Source: Chlamydiota bacterium (GTDB taxonomy: Bacteria > Chlamydiota > Chlamydiia > Chlamydiales > Rhabdochlamydiaceae). Taken from it: a stretch of DNA of 64,000 bases. A program made the translations under genes and the position numbers. The notes under the pieces are model-generated. The model was not told the DNA's origin. It saw only the letters and a list, made by a program, of their open reading frames with translations, and searched no databases. Below, piece after piece: positions 28,459 to 37,687 of the stretch; position 1 is the first letter of the stretch, and every line of letters begins with the position of its first letter. The stretch is from the NCBI GenBank assembly GCA_022614855.1, contig JAKEHU010000006.1:20537-84536 (forward strand), read 5' to 3'.

Positions 28459-29381
28459 AAGCAAATCCTCTTCAAATTATCGATGAAGAAAAGGCGGTAT
28501 CTACAGGCCGCTTTCCAAAATGGCTTCATATCTCTCTTCCAAAAGGAGGCGAGATTTTCAAAACCAACCAGATTTTGGAAAAATATCGATTGAATACCGT
28601 TTGTGAAGAGGCAAAATGTCCCAATCGGATGGAATGCTACTCGAAAAAGACAGCTACTTTTTTAGCTTTAGGCAAAGAGTGTTCTCGAAGTTGCGGATTT
28701 TGCAATATTGATTTCACAAAAAAACCAAAAGCCCCTGAAGAAGATGAGCCGAAAAGAATTGCTTTTTCTGCCAAAGAATTAAGGCTAAAACATGTTGTCA
28801 TTACGATGGTTGCAAGAGATGATCTCCCAGATGGCGGAGCTGTCCATCTTGCTGCCATCATTCGTGAAGTGAGAAAGGAAAATCCTCAGTGCACAGTGGA
28901 AATTTTAACTTCTGATTTTGCCGGAAACTTTGCATCCCTCGATATTGTCCTAGAAGAATCTCCGGAAATCTTCAACCACAATATTGAAACAGTTCGCTCT
29001 CTAACACCAAAAGTAAGACATAAAGCTACTTATGATCGCACTTTATCAATTCTTTCTTATGTTAAAAAAAAGAAAAAAAATCATTTTCTCAAATCTGGTC
29101 TAATGTTAGGACTTGGAGAAACGGAAGAAGAGGTGAAGAAGACGATTGGCGATTTACATGAAGTTGGCTGCGATATTGTGACTATGGGTCAATATCTCCA
29201 ACCAAGCAAACACAATATCCAAGTAAAAAGATTTGTTCATCCCGATGAATTTAAAGCCTATACAGAATATGGACGTGCCATAGGAATAAAAGAGATGTAT
29301 TGCGGTCCTTTTGTCAGGTCTAGTTACAATGCTCATGAAATCCACTCTCATTTAATAGATCATGTTACGCAAAAAGATTAG
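28455..29381 (+). CDS. lipA: Lipoyl synthase
   Basis: CEEAKCPN and CSRSCGFC (radical SAM CxxxCxxC). A 4-nt overlap links it to lpdA. Confidence 0.93.
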   Translation: MKANPLQIIDEEKAVSTGRFPKWLHISLPKGGEIFKTNQILEKYRLNTVCEEAKCPNRMECYSKKTATFLALGKECSRSCGFCNIDFTKKPKAPEEDEPKRIAFSAKELRLKHVVITMVARDDLPDGGAVHLAAIIREVRKENPQCTVEILTSDFAGNFASLDIVLEESPEIFNHNIETVRSLTPKVRHKATYDRTLSILSYVKKKKKNHFLKSGLMLGLGETEEEVKKTIGDLHEVGCDIVTMGQYLQPSKHNIQVKRFVHPDEFKAYTEYGRAIGIKEMYCGPFVRSSYNAHEIHSHLIDHVTQKD

Positions 29382-29409
29382 TGATTTACATTATGCAGAG
29401 AACTTGTTT

Positions 29410-29728
29410 AGACATGTCGGGGACATCCTTTGTGTACGTGTCATCTTGCAGGACCAACTTCAGAAACTTGTTTACTTTTGGTTTTTTGGTTTTAAAAATA
29501 GCTCTGCGAAGTGACGCGAGAAGGGAATCCGCCCAAAGGAGGCGAAGCCCGGGCGGGAAGTGAGCGCGTGAGCAGCCGATTGACTCAGATCGCTTTAGGA
29601 AAATTGCTTCAAAGGAGTGGGGACAGTACTCTGTACGGATCCACGACGGAGAAGTGATTTTACAAAGCGAGGTGAGTCGCAAGGGGGGCAGCAGGGGACA
29701 AGCCATAGGACTTGTTTCCGACATGTCT
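29410..29728 (+). ncRNA. Candidate structured RNA of unknown class (GC-rich non-coding island)
   Basis: AGACATGTCGGGGA at 29410-29423 pairs with TTTCCGACATGTCT at 29715-29728 over 14 bp. Two of the pairs are G-U, so the helix is complete only in a plus-strand transcript. The interior is clearly more GC-rich than the flanks and has local hairpins (CCGCCC..GGGCGG, GCGA-GGTGAG-TCGC). No credible ORF is present. Confidence 0.4.
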
Positions 29729-29777
29729 TATGGAGGTACTCTTAAAGGGATTACTTTGGCATAAGGTGGCTTAATAA

Positions 29778-30698
29778 ATGACAGCTAAAATCGCTATTCT
29801 CATTTTGCATTATAAAAATATTGCCGATACCTATGAATGTCTCACTTCAGTCTTTCGCATTTCTTATCCCCATTTTTCTGTTATCGTCATCGACAACTGC
29901 TCTACAGATCTTTCCGAATTGGAACTAAAAGAGCGGTTTCCAAAAGTAACGATCTTAAAAAACAAAGCGAATTTGGGATATGCTGAGGGAAATAATCGAG
30001 GGATCTCCTATGCCATGGACCAAGGATATGATTTTTTCTTTCTCCTGAACAATGATACGGTTGTCCATCCGAATATCTTGCATGCATTTATTGATGCATC
30101 TACAGCTTTTCCGAGCGGAGGGATATTTGGAGCAAAGGTCTACTTCTATGACGAACCCACACAAATTAGCTATGCTGGAGGAACTATTGATCCACATCAG
30201 ATGCGATGCATTCATATCGGCTGTGGTCAATCTGATTTAGAAAAAAACCATGAAGAGGTGGTGAAAACAGACTACGCCTGTGGATGTGCGCTTTTAGTGA
30301 GAAAAGAGGTGGTACAAAAATGCGGCATGATGGATTCGCGCTTTTTTTTAATTTGGGAAGAGGTCGATTGGTGTTGGAAAATTCGGAAAGCTGGTTTTGA
30401 TTGTTTTTTTGTCCCCATGGCAAAAATCTGGCATAAAGTTTCCACCTCTTTTGAAGGTGGCAATAGAGGCCCTCTTTGGCAATACTACTATTTTCGCAAT
30501 CGCCTTCTCTTTATGAAAAACCATTTTTCTTTGAAAGAGAGGTGGAGATTTTATCGAAATACTTTTGCAAAAGAAGTTTTAGACTTATGCAAAACCTCTT
30601 TTAGCTCTAAGACCGATCCTTTCCAACGATTGCAATATCGAGCTGCTTTGCGCGGAGTAGTTGATTATTTTCTTCATAAAAATGGTTCTAAAGAGTGA
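29778..30698 (+). CDS. Family 2 glycosyltransferase (rhamnosyltransferase-like)
   Basis: ILILHYKN...VIVIDNCSTD, LGYAEGNNRG and LLNNDT (DxD-like). Confidence 0.75.
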   Translation: MTAKIAILILHYKNIADTYECLTSVFRISYPHFSVIVIDNCSTDLSELELKERFPKVTILKNKANLGYAEGNNRGISYAMDQGYDFFFLLNNDTVVHPNILHAFIDASTAFPSGGIFGAKVYFYDEPTQISYAGGTIDPHQMRCIHIGCGQSDLEKNHEEVVKTDYACGCALLVRKEVVQKCGMMDSRFFLIWEEVDWCWKIRKAGFDCFFVPMAKIWHKVSTSFEGGNRGPLWQYYYFRNRLLFMKNHFSLKERWRFYRNTFAKEVLDLCKTSFSSKTDPFQRLQYRAALRGVVDYFLHKNGSKE

Positions 30699-31983
30699 AA
30701 TGATCTTTGATTTCTGTTCCTTGCGTCACAATGATGATTCCATCTCGAATAAAAATGCCTTTGCCATCCATGGTTTGTAGCTTATCTTTATTCACTAGAT
30801 TCACATGATTCCCAATTTTTGTATGCTCATCGATGATGCATTTTTCAATAAGACAATTTTCCCCAATGGAATATTTATCCGTTTCTTGCATCTCATCACT
30901 TTCTAAATCATAACTCTTATTCCCTAGAATGATGGAGTCGCGAATTACAGTGTTTTTTTTGATGATTGCGCGGACTCCAATGACGCTATGGCTTATTTCA
31001 CGAGCTTCAATAATAGAACCTTGGCTGATCAGAGAATTTTCGATTTTAGTTCCTTGAATTAAAGCACTTGGTACGTGTTGTACAGCAGAATAAATAGGAT
31101 TTTGCAGGTCATAAGTATTCAACCCCTTTCCCTTTTCTGTTAAAATTAAATTGGCCTCATAATAGGATGCGATTGTTCCAATATCTTCCCAATACCCATC
31201 GTAAACAAATGCCGCCGACTTCCACTTTTTGATGAAATTTGGAATCAAATGTCTGCCAAAATCATCCCCTTCTCCCTTTAAAATGGAAATGAGAGCCTTG
31301 CGTTTAAATATATAAATTCCCATGGAACCAAGCCATTTTTCTTCTTTTTCATTGGGAAAGTGGTTTCTCTTTAAAAATTCTATGGGAAGTTGAAACTGCT
31401 TTAGCAGCTTTTCTTCTTGTGGCTTTTCGAAAAAACTCTGCACATCAAACTCATGATTTACTTTTAAAACCCCCATTCGCATCGCCTCTTCTCTTTCTAC
31501 TGGAAGGGCAGCAATCGTGAGATCCGCATTTTTTTGCTTTGCAAATTCGACCATTTGGACAAGATTCATGTTATAGAGTTGGTCTCCTGAAAGAATCAGG
31601 AAATATTCTATGGGAAACCGCAAGAGATAGTCGAGGTTTTGTCTAATTGCATCTGCTGTTCCTTTAAACCAACTTTTTCCCTTTGGCGTCTCTTGAGGGG
31701 TCAAAAGTTCTATACCACCTCTGCGAAAAATATCTAAATGATAAGTAGCGAGAATGTGCTGATGCAGCTCTGAAGCAAAATATTGAGAAATGACAAAAAT
31801 CTGATTGATTTTTGCATTTAGTGAATTGGATAAGGGGATATCGATCAACCGATAGCGCCCTCCAAAACTGACAGATGGTTTACATCGAAAGGAGGTTAAA
31901 GGATATAGACGAGTCCCTTGACCACCAGCTAAAACAATGGTGGCTACTCTTGAGACAATATTCTCCTCTTTTTTTGTATTCAC
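30688..31983 (-). CDS. glgC: Glucose-1-phosphate adenylyltransferase
   Basis: IVLAGGQGTRLYPLT, FKGTADAI and WEDIGTI, with a left-handed beta-helix C-terminus. Confidence 0.9.
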   Translation of the reverse strand: MNTKKEENIVSRVATIVLAGGQGTRLYPLTSFRCKPSVSFGGRYRLIDIPLSNSLNAKINQIFVISQYFASELHQHILATYHLDIFRRGGIELLTPQETPKGKSWFKGTADAIRQNLDYLLRFPIEYFLILSGDQLYNMNLVQMVEFAKQKNADLTIAALPVEREEAMRMGVLKVNHEFDVQSFFEKPQEEKLLKQFQLPIEFLKRNHFPNEKEEKWLGSMGIYIFKRKALISILKGEGDDFGRHLIPNFIKKWKSAAFVYDGYWEDIGTIASYYEANLILTEKGKGLNTYDLQNPIYSAVQHVPSALIQGTKIENSLISQGSIIEAREISHSVIGVRAIIKKNTVIRDSIILGNKSYDLESDEMQETDKYSIGENCLIEKCIIDEHTKIGNHVNLVNKDKLQTMDGKGIFIRDGIIIVTQGTEIKDHFTL

Positions 31984-32118
31984 TTTGAACGGCCTAATAT
32001 TGATGAATCCTTAAAGAAATCATTAGCACGTTTTCTCGATCGATGACAAATTAAATTTTTAATTTGATGTTTTTAATTCTCTTGAGACTCAAGAGAAAAG
32101 AAGGCTATTATTCATTTT

Positions 32119-32283
32119 AACCTGAGTTTTGGGTTTAATTCGCTCAGAATCAACGATCTTTTCAAGGTCTTTCTCATTTTTTTCCTCGAAAATAGCGCCT
32201 TCGGCTATTATCTTCGGATAAAAATGAAAAAGCTCATTGAAAATCTCTATTGATTCAGAGGAAAGAAACCCAAAACTCAGGTT
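32119..32283. mobile_element. MITE-like palindromic element, family CTGAG, copy 2 (165 bp, inverted relative to copy 1)
   Basis: Its termini are AACCTGAGTTTTGGG...CCCAAAACTCAGGTT. It ends 3 nt before the ATG at 32287. Confidence 0.85.
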
Positions 32284-32286
32284 TTT

Positions 32287-33039
32287 ATGTCTGTCTGGGC
32301 CATTGCAGATCTCCATCTTTCTTTTAGCACTCCAAGTAAAAGCATGGAAATCTTTGGAGAAAAATGGAGAAATTATACCAAAAAAGTAGAACAATTTTGG
32401 AAAGAGCGCATTTCTCCTGACGATCTCATTCTCATTCCTGGAGACATTTCCTGGGCATCTAGTTTAGAAGAGGCTGCTCAAGACTTACATTGGATTCATT
32501 CTTTGCCAGGAACAAAATTGATGATAAAGGGGAATCACGATTTTTGGTGGCCCTCTTCCAAAAAATTGAAAGAGAGGTTTCCCTCTTCCATCAAATTCAT
32601 CTATAACACTGCTTTTCATTGGCATGAGTATAGCTTTGGAGGGTCGAGGCTGTGGGATAGTGAGGAGTACTCTTTTGAACCGTTCATTGAATATGTTGCT
32701 CGGCCGCAGCAAAAAAAAACAGAATATGACGCTGAAACGGCGAGAAATCTCAACAAAACAGTTTTTAATAGAGAGCTGGAAAGGTTAAAATTAAGCCTGA
32801 GCAAGCTCAACCCAAAAGCTAAGAAAAAAGTCGCTCTGACCCACTATCCCCCAATCGGTCCTGAGCTTACCCCTTCCAGAGCATCTGCTATTTTAGAAGA
32901 ATATGGAGTTGATATTTGCGTCTTTGGCCACCTTCATAATGTAAAACCGCGCTCTCTTTCTTTTGGAAAAGCAAGAGGCGTCTCCTACTTCCTAACCTCT
33001 TGCGACTTTATCGACTTTTGCCCAATAAAAATTTTATGA
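32287..33039 (+). CDS. Calcineurin-like metallophosphoesterase
   Basis: WAIADLHLS, IPGDISW, KGNHDFWW and FGHLH motifs. Confidence 0.75.
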   Translation: MSVWAIADLHLSFSTPSKSMEIFGEKWRNYTKKVEQFWKERISPDDLILIPGDISWASSLEEAAQDLHWIHSLPGTKLMIKGNHDFWWPSSKKLKERFPSSIKFIYNTAFHWHEYSFGGSRLWDSEEYSFEPFIEYVARPQQKKTEYDAETARNLNKTVFNRELERLKLSLSKLNPKAKKKVALTHYPPIGPELTPSRASAILEEYGVDICVFGHLHNVKPRSLSFGKARGVSYFLTSCDFIDFCPIKIL

Positions 33040-33206
33040 ACCTGAGTTTTTGGGGTTTTTCATGGAGAATTGGTGCAGATTGTGAGACAATTTCTTTGGA
33101 TCTAGACGAATCCAATAGTCGAAGGAGCTTATGGATGAGGAGAGATCCAAAGAAATTGGCCGCAAAATGCGGCAAGGCTCTATGAAAAAACCCAAAAACT
33201 CAGGTT
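33039..33206. mobile_element. MITE-like palindromic element, family CTGAG termini, copy 3 (168 bp, divergent interior)
   Basis: Its termini are AACCTGAGTTTTTGGGG...CCCAAAAACTCAGGTT. An internal inverted repeat pairs CAATTTCTTTGGATCT with AGATCCAAAGAAATTG. It begins on the last base of the upstream stop codon. Confidence 0.8.
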
Positions 33207-33628
33207 ATGAAAGGTCTTACCTTCTGATCGAACTTCTAATTTGCCTTTCTCTTTTTACAGCATGCAGCTATTTTCTTATCTTTCTTCCCTTTTCTAACCT
33301 TAGGAAAGAGGTAGAATATCTTTACAAAATGGAACTGGAAAGGGATCTTGTCCAGGCTTATGTTCACGCAAAAGAGCTTTTTTACTGCAATTCAATTCCC
33401 TTCAACCATCTGACAAAATCCGCGGTTCTATCTAGCGATAAGGTAGAAATCCATTTGCATCCAAAATGGAAAAAAAAGATCTATAGAAAGGAACTGGTTT
33501 TTCAAAAAAGTAAAAGTAAAAAAGTTCAGGACATTGAATATTTTTTGGTTAAGGTACAAATCAAATACCTTGAAGGAAAAAAGAAAGCTTTATCAAAAAA
33601 TTTTGAATTTTTTCTCAAAAAAGTATGA
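33182..33628 (+). CDS. Type II secretion minor pseudopilin-like protein (GspH/I-like)
   Basis: MKKPKNSGYERS-YLLIELLICLSLFTA has a prepilin-type N-terminal hydrophobic helix with Glu at +5. The start is chosen at the ATG at 33182, which lies inside the MITE. An upstream in-frame ATG at 33131 is also possible. Confidence 0.55.
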   Translation: MKKPKNSGYERSYLLIELLICLSLFTACSYFLIFLPFSNLRKEVEYLYKMELERDLVQAYVHAKELFYCNSIPFNHLTKSAVLSSDKVEIHLHPKWKKKIYRKELVFQKSKSKKVQDIEYFLVKVQIKYLEGKKKALSKNFEFFLKKV

Positions 33629-34266
33629 AAAAAAATCTTTCAAAGATTGAAGGCCTAGTTTTAAGACAGTCTCTTACTTTGATAGAAGTGATGATTGCCC
33701 TTTCGCTTGGTACGATCATCATCTCTATCCTTTTCTCTAGTTTTCACAACCTCTCTTCTCAGCAAAGAGAATTAGAAGTAGCTCACAAAATAATCAACCA
33801 AAGATCGGTTGCTTTTTTAAAACTCTCGCAAATTTTTGATCAGCTAATCCTAGATGGGATTTCATTGGAAAATGAAAAAAAAACAACAAATTTTTACACA
33901 GATTCTTCTTCTCAAGGCCCTATTTTAACTTTTCAATATTACAACCCTCTCGACCGCAATCCTGATTTTGCTAAAGCAGTTGACGCAACCCTTTTTCTTG
34001 ACGCGCGCAAACAACTTTGTTTAACTTCAACTGCCAAAAGCCATACAAGAGAGGAATTTTTATTTGAAAATATCGAAAAAATAGAATTCCAATTCTTAGA
34101 TCCAGAAGAAAAAAAATGGTGCGAATCTTGGAATAAAAAAAATCGCTCTTTTCCAGTGATGTTTAAAATCATTCTCACTGAAAAAAAATTTTTAGAAAAA
34201 ACCGAAAAAGTGGAATACTCCTTTATCATTAAAAATCACCCTTCCCAAATTGTATACAAATTATGA
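33625..34266 (+). CDS. Type II secretion minor pseudopilin, GspJ-like
   Basis: The prepilin N-terminus is SLTLIEVMIALSLGTII. The C-terminal W..W......FPVMFKIIL resembles GspJ. An ATGA overlap links it to the previous gene. Confidence 0.55.
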   Translation: MKKNLSKIEGLVLRQSLTLIEVMIALSLGTIIISILFSSFHNLSSQQRELEVAHKIINQRSVAFLKLSQIFDQLILDGISLENEKKTTNFYTDSSSQGPILTFQYYNPLDRNPDFAKAVDATLFLDARKQLCLTSTAKSHTREEFLFENIEKIEFQFLDPEEKKWCESWNKKNRSFPVMFKIILTEKKFLEKTEKVEYSFIIKNHPSQIVYKL

Positions 34267-35153
34267 ACCTTCTTCCATTTGTCTCAGCATTTCTCTTGAT
34301 TTTATCTCTCTTGAGCTACCGCTGCTTTAATAACTTGGTTGAAACGATTTCAGAAGAGAGAAGCTTTTTAGGAAAGGTCTCGACTTATATCGATATCGAC
34401 TCCAAAATTAGCAAAAAAAAATTTGCCGGAATGAAAAATGAAAAAACAGAAAAATCCTCTGCTAAAAAAAGTAAATCTAAATCAAAAGCTGGAGCATATC
34501 TCAGCCATCGTGAAAATGAAAATCCCCATCCACTTTCCAAACTAAATATTGCACCTCTTTTCAGAGATACTTATGAAAAAAAAGAGATGATTTTTCGCAT
34601 TGCTCTCGAAGGGATCCGCATTCTTTATGAAAAAACTCCTATTTACAGAGAGGGGATGAATGAAAAAATCTTGAGCTGGATGGTTGAGGTGGGAAAAGGA
34701 GATGCAACGATTCAATCGATAGATGAATTTGTGCAAAAAATCCCAGATAATATGAAGTGGCTTTACCCATTTTTTAAGGGAACAAATTCCTATGTTATTG
34801 GAAAAAAAGGAGTTCCCCCTCTTTCTGATTTTTTTGCGATCGATCAAAGGAAAAATATTAAATCTATTCATCTGTTCTATACATCCAAACCAATTTTGCA
34901 AGCTTTTTTAGGAAAAAATCTAACTGAAGAAATAGAGAAAAAAGAACGAGAAAAATGGGAGTTAAATCACTCACACAGGCCCATTACAAAAGGAGAATTA
35001 GAATCAATTCTCTTAAAAGAGCGGCGCATTTCCTTTTCCGACGTCGAATCGATTACCTATTTCAGCAAGAAACCTGAAAAAAATCCTCAATTGGTCGATG
35101 TCCATCCAAAAACCGGATTGCGAACCAAAAGAAAATTCTTCCCCCCTCTTTAA
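34263..35153 (+). CDS. GspK-like minor pseudopilin / hypothetical secreted protein
   Basis: An N-terminal hydrophobic helix and SKLNIAPLF resemble the GspK KxNINxA motif. An ATGA overlap links it to the previous gene. Confidence 0.4.
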   Translation: MNLLPFVSAFLLILSLLSYRCFNNLVETISEERSFLGKVSTYIDIDSKISKKKFAGMKNEKTEKSSAKKSKSKSKAGAYLSHRENENPHPLSKLNIAPLFRDTYEKKEMIFRIALEGIRILYEKTPIYREGMNEKILSWMVEVGKGDATIQSIDEFVQKIPDNMKWLYPFFKGTNSYVIGKKGVPPLSDFFAIDQRKNIKSIHLFYTSKPILQAFLGKNLTEEIEKKEREKWELNHSHRPITKGELESILLKERRISFSDVESITYFSKKPEKNPQLVDVHPKTGLRTKRKFFPPL

Positions 35154-35186
35154 ATAAAAACCGTGCTACAAATCCTATCTTCAAAG

Positions 35187-36575
35187 CTAACGATGTTTTG
35201 GCAAGAGAATCGTAAAGATTGTTCCCTCACCTACTTTGGATGCTACCTGAATTTTTCCTCTATGTTTGTCGATAATGGTCTTTACAATGGAAAGACCTAA
35301 ACCTGCACCACCAAATTTTCTTGAACGGGCCTTATCGACTGTATAAAACCTCTCAAAGATACGATCCAAATCTTCAAGAGGAATGCCAATCCCTTGATCA
35401 CTGATCATCAGTTTTACACTTTCACCCATATCTTCTAACTTTATGATAATTTTTGCAGGAGGTTTAGAATATTTAGCTGCATTGTCGAGCAAGTTGAGGA
35501 TGGCAAGTTCTAAAATATCTGCATCGGCGGAAATGATCATCTGATCTTGATCTTTTTGAATTTTTATCGATGCATTGGAATAGACAGAGAGCAAAATGTG
35601 TTTGCAATTTTCGACTAAAACCACCAAATCACAAGCTGTAAATCGGCTTTCAGGAATATTCTCTAGATCTGCCAATGTCAAAAGACTTTTAACAAGATTT
35701 TCCATCCTTTCACAGTTTCGCAAAATTTTTTCTGTAACCTCTGCAAGTGTCTCTTTAGAGATTTTGGGAAGATCGCTAAGAGTTTCAACAAATCCTCTGA
35801 TTACGGTAATCGGAGTGCGAAGTTCATGAGAAGCATTTGCGACAAAATCTTTTTCTCTTCGAATTTGAGATTGAACCTTTTCCGATAAAGAGTTCAATGT
35901 ACTCGCAAGCTGTTTAAACTCATCTTCCTCACTTGTTTTTCTTTTTAGGACAATCTTGGGAATCTCTTCTACTTTTCCCATTTGATAAGGTTTAATGGTA
36001 TTAATGATTTCGCGAATCGGTTGGCTTAGCCGATTGAAAATGAGCCAAGTAAGACCGGTAAAAAATAAGAGCATCACAAAAGAAAAAATGAGAAATCCAA
36101 TTTCAAAATTTTTTGTTATGTCTTGGATTTGACCAAAGGGGAAAGCAGTTAAAAGATAATAGGTCTTTCCCTGAAATGAAAATTTTTGCGCGATATAGGC
36201 AAACCTTCCGGAAAAAACTTTGGAGTCAATGACCGCATATCCAATTTCATCTTTTTCTGCCTCTTCCAGCTCAGGGTGGGGTTCTGCTTCAAGAAAGTGA
36301 AGAAACCTCTCTCCATAAGAGTCATAGATAATCTGTTTTTTTTCATCGATTAGGGTGATATGAAAGAAAACAAAAAATTCTTGGTTTTTTAACCGTTCTA
36401 CCAGCTCATTTTCTGAATTGGCATCATCGATGAGATCGATGAGATCATTTGTACTTTCTTCAAGGGATTCTCTCACAAGCCGCACTACAGCACGATTGAT
36501 AAAAGGAAAGAGAGCTGCAATAAAGACAATGAATAAAATCAATTGGCTTAAAATAATCTTTTTGCGAAAACTCAT
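35187..36575 (-). CDS. Sensor histidine kinase (PhoR/EnvZ-type HisKA + HATPase_c), 2 TM
   Basis: The H box is ASHELRTPITVI, the N box LLDNAAKYS, G1 DQGIGIP and G2 GGAGLGLSIV. Confidence 0.85.
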   Translation of the reverse strand: MSFRKKIILSQLILFIVFIAALFPFINRAVVRLVRESLEESTNDLIDLIDDANSENELVERLKNQEFFVFFHITLIDEKKQIIYDSYGERFLHFLEAEPHPELEEAEKDEIGYAVIDSKVFSGRFAYIAQKFSFQGKTYYLLTAFPFGQIQDITKNFEIGFLIFSFVMLLFFTGLTWLIFNRLSQPIREIINTIKPYQMGKVEEIPKIVLKRKTSEEDEFKQLASTLNSLSEKVQSQIRREKDFVANASHELRTPITVIRGFVETLSDLPKISKETLAEVTEKILRNCERMENLVKSLLTLADLENIPESRFTACDLVVLVENCKHILLSVYSNASIKIQKDQDQMIISADADILELAILNLLDNAAKYSKPPAKIIIKLEDMGESVKLMISDQGIGIPLEDLDRIFERFYTVDKARSRKFGGAGLGLSIVKTIIDKHRGKIQVASKVGEGTIFTILLPKHR

Positions 36576-37687
36576 TTTCTTCCTCTTATCGCATACACTT
36601 CTATTTTTTCATCAAATCCCTTTAAACTCATAGGAGAAAGAGGCTCTACTATTAATTGTTCTTTTGCCTGAGACTCATCCAAGGTTTCTTTTGAAATGAG
36701 AATTTGCATTTTAGAAGCTTTACCACAAAGACGCGCCGCCAAATTGACATTGCTGCCGATAACTGTATAATTCAATCGATTTTCAGCACCCATATTTCCC
36801 ACAACTACAATCCCTGTATGGATGCCGATTCCCATCTCTATTTTCGGCAACCCTTTTTTTTGCCTCTCTTCATTCCACTTTTTAAGTACATCTACCATTT
36901 TCAAACCAGTGAAAATAGCTTTCAGTGCACTGTCTTCCTTATCGATGGGTACTCCGTAGAGAGCCATCACCTCATCACCTACATATTTATCGATCACTCC
37001 CCCAAATTCATCAATGACATGGGAAACTTTTGTCATGCAGGTATTCAACATTTCAACTACTTCATGAGGCTGCATGGTAGAGGAAAGATGGGTAAAATCT
37101 CGAATGTCAGCAAAAAGAATGGTTACCTTTTTTTCCTCTCCCCCTAAATGAATTTTTCCCTTCAACACTTCTGATGCAATTTCAGGAGAAACAAGTTTAT
37201 TTAATACCCCTTTGACTTTTTCTTTTTCTTGCAGACCTTTGACCATTTGTTCAAAAGAATTGCACAACATGGCGATTTCATCATTATGATCTTTTGCAAG
37301 TTGAGGAAGCTCAATGTCTTGTAAGCGACCTGCAGCAACATTATTCGTTGCTTTAGCTAAAAGAGAAATTGGCTTTGTAATTTTTTTTGCAAGAAAATTT
37401 AGAATGTACAATACCAAGATCAAAGAGATGATCGCTGCAACGCGCAAATTCAATGATAAGGCATGAACAAGATCTTCAGTTGCTTTTTTATTAAAATTGA
37501 GTTGCTCATCTAGAGTTAGAGACCCTTGACCTTTTTTCTCGATGAGTTCTTCGCGCAATTTTTTTTCGGCTGTATCGATTTTCTTATCTGTCAGATAGAT
37601 TTCAAAAATCAAAGATAAAATGAAAACGATACAAAAAACCAAACCAACAGAAAGAAATAATCTGGTGCGCAGTTTCATTGTAATCAA
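36572..37687 (-). CDS. Membrane-anchored class III adenylate/guanylate cyclase with HAMP domain
   Basis: VTILFADIRDFT, KYVGDEVMALYG, IGIHTGIVVVGNMG and YTVIGSNVNLAARL. Confidence 0.85.
   Translation of the reverse strand: MITMKLRTRLFLSVGLVFCIVFILSLIFEIYLTDKKIDTAEKKLREELIEKKGQGSLTLDEQLNFNKKATEDLVHALSLNLRVAAIISLILVLYILNFLAKKITKPISLLAKATNNVAAGRLQDIELPQLAKDHNDEIAMLCNSFEQMVKGLQEKEKVKGVLNKLVSPEIASEVLKGKIHLGGEEKKVTILFADIRDFTHLSSTMQPHEVVEMLNTCMTKVSHVIDEFGGVIDKYVGDEVMALYGVPIDKEDSALKAIFTGLKMVDVLKKWNEERQKKGLPKIEMGIGIHTGIVVVGNMGAENRLNYTVIGSNVNLAARLCGKASKMQILISKETLDESQAKEQLIVEPLSPMSLKGFDEKIEVYAIRGRK

Noticed and set aside
29386-29724. A 112-aa minus-strand ORF (and a 60-aa plus-strand ORF) lies in the lipA/GT2 intergenic island.
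   Set aside because: The composition is Pro/Leu/Ser/Cys-rich and non-protein-like, and there is no SD. The ORF coincides exactly with the GC-rich segment closed by a long-range helix, so a structured RNA or non-coding insertion is more likely.
29410-29728. I considered RNase P RNA, tmRNA, SRP RNA and a cobalamin riboswitch as identities for the GC-rich island.
   Set aside because: The universally conserved blocks are absent: no GAGGAAAGUCC or ACAGAAnCCGGCUUA, no tRNA-like GGUUCGA...CCA 3' end, no SRP GGAA-tetraloop/AGCA motif and no GCCACUG B12 box. GAGGCGAAGCCCGGGC only superficially resembles RNase P CR-I. A covariance-model search is needed to confirm this.
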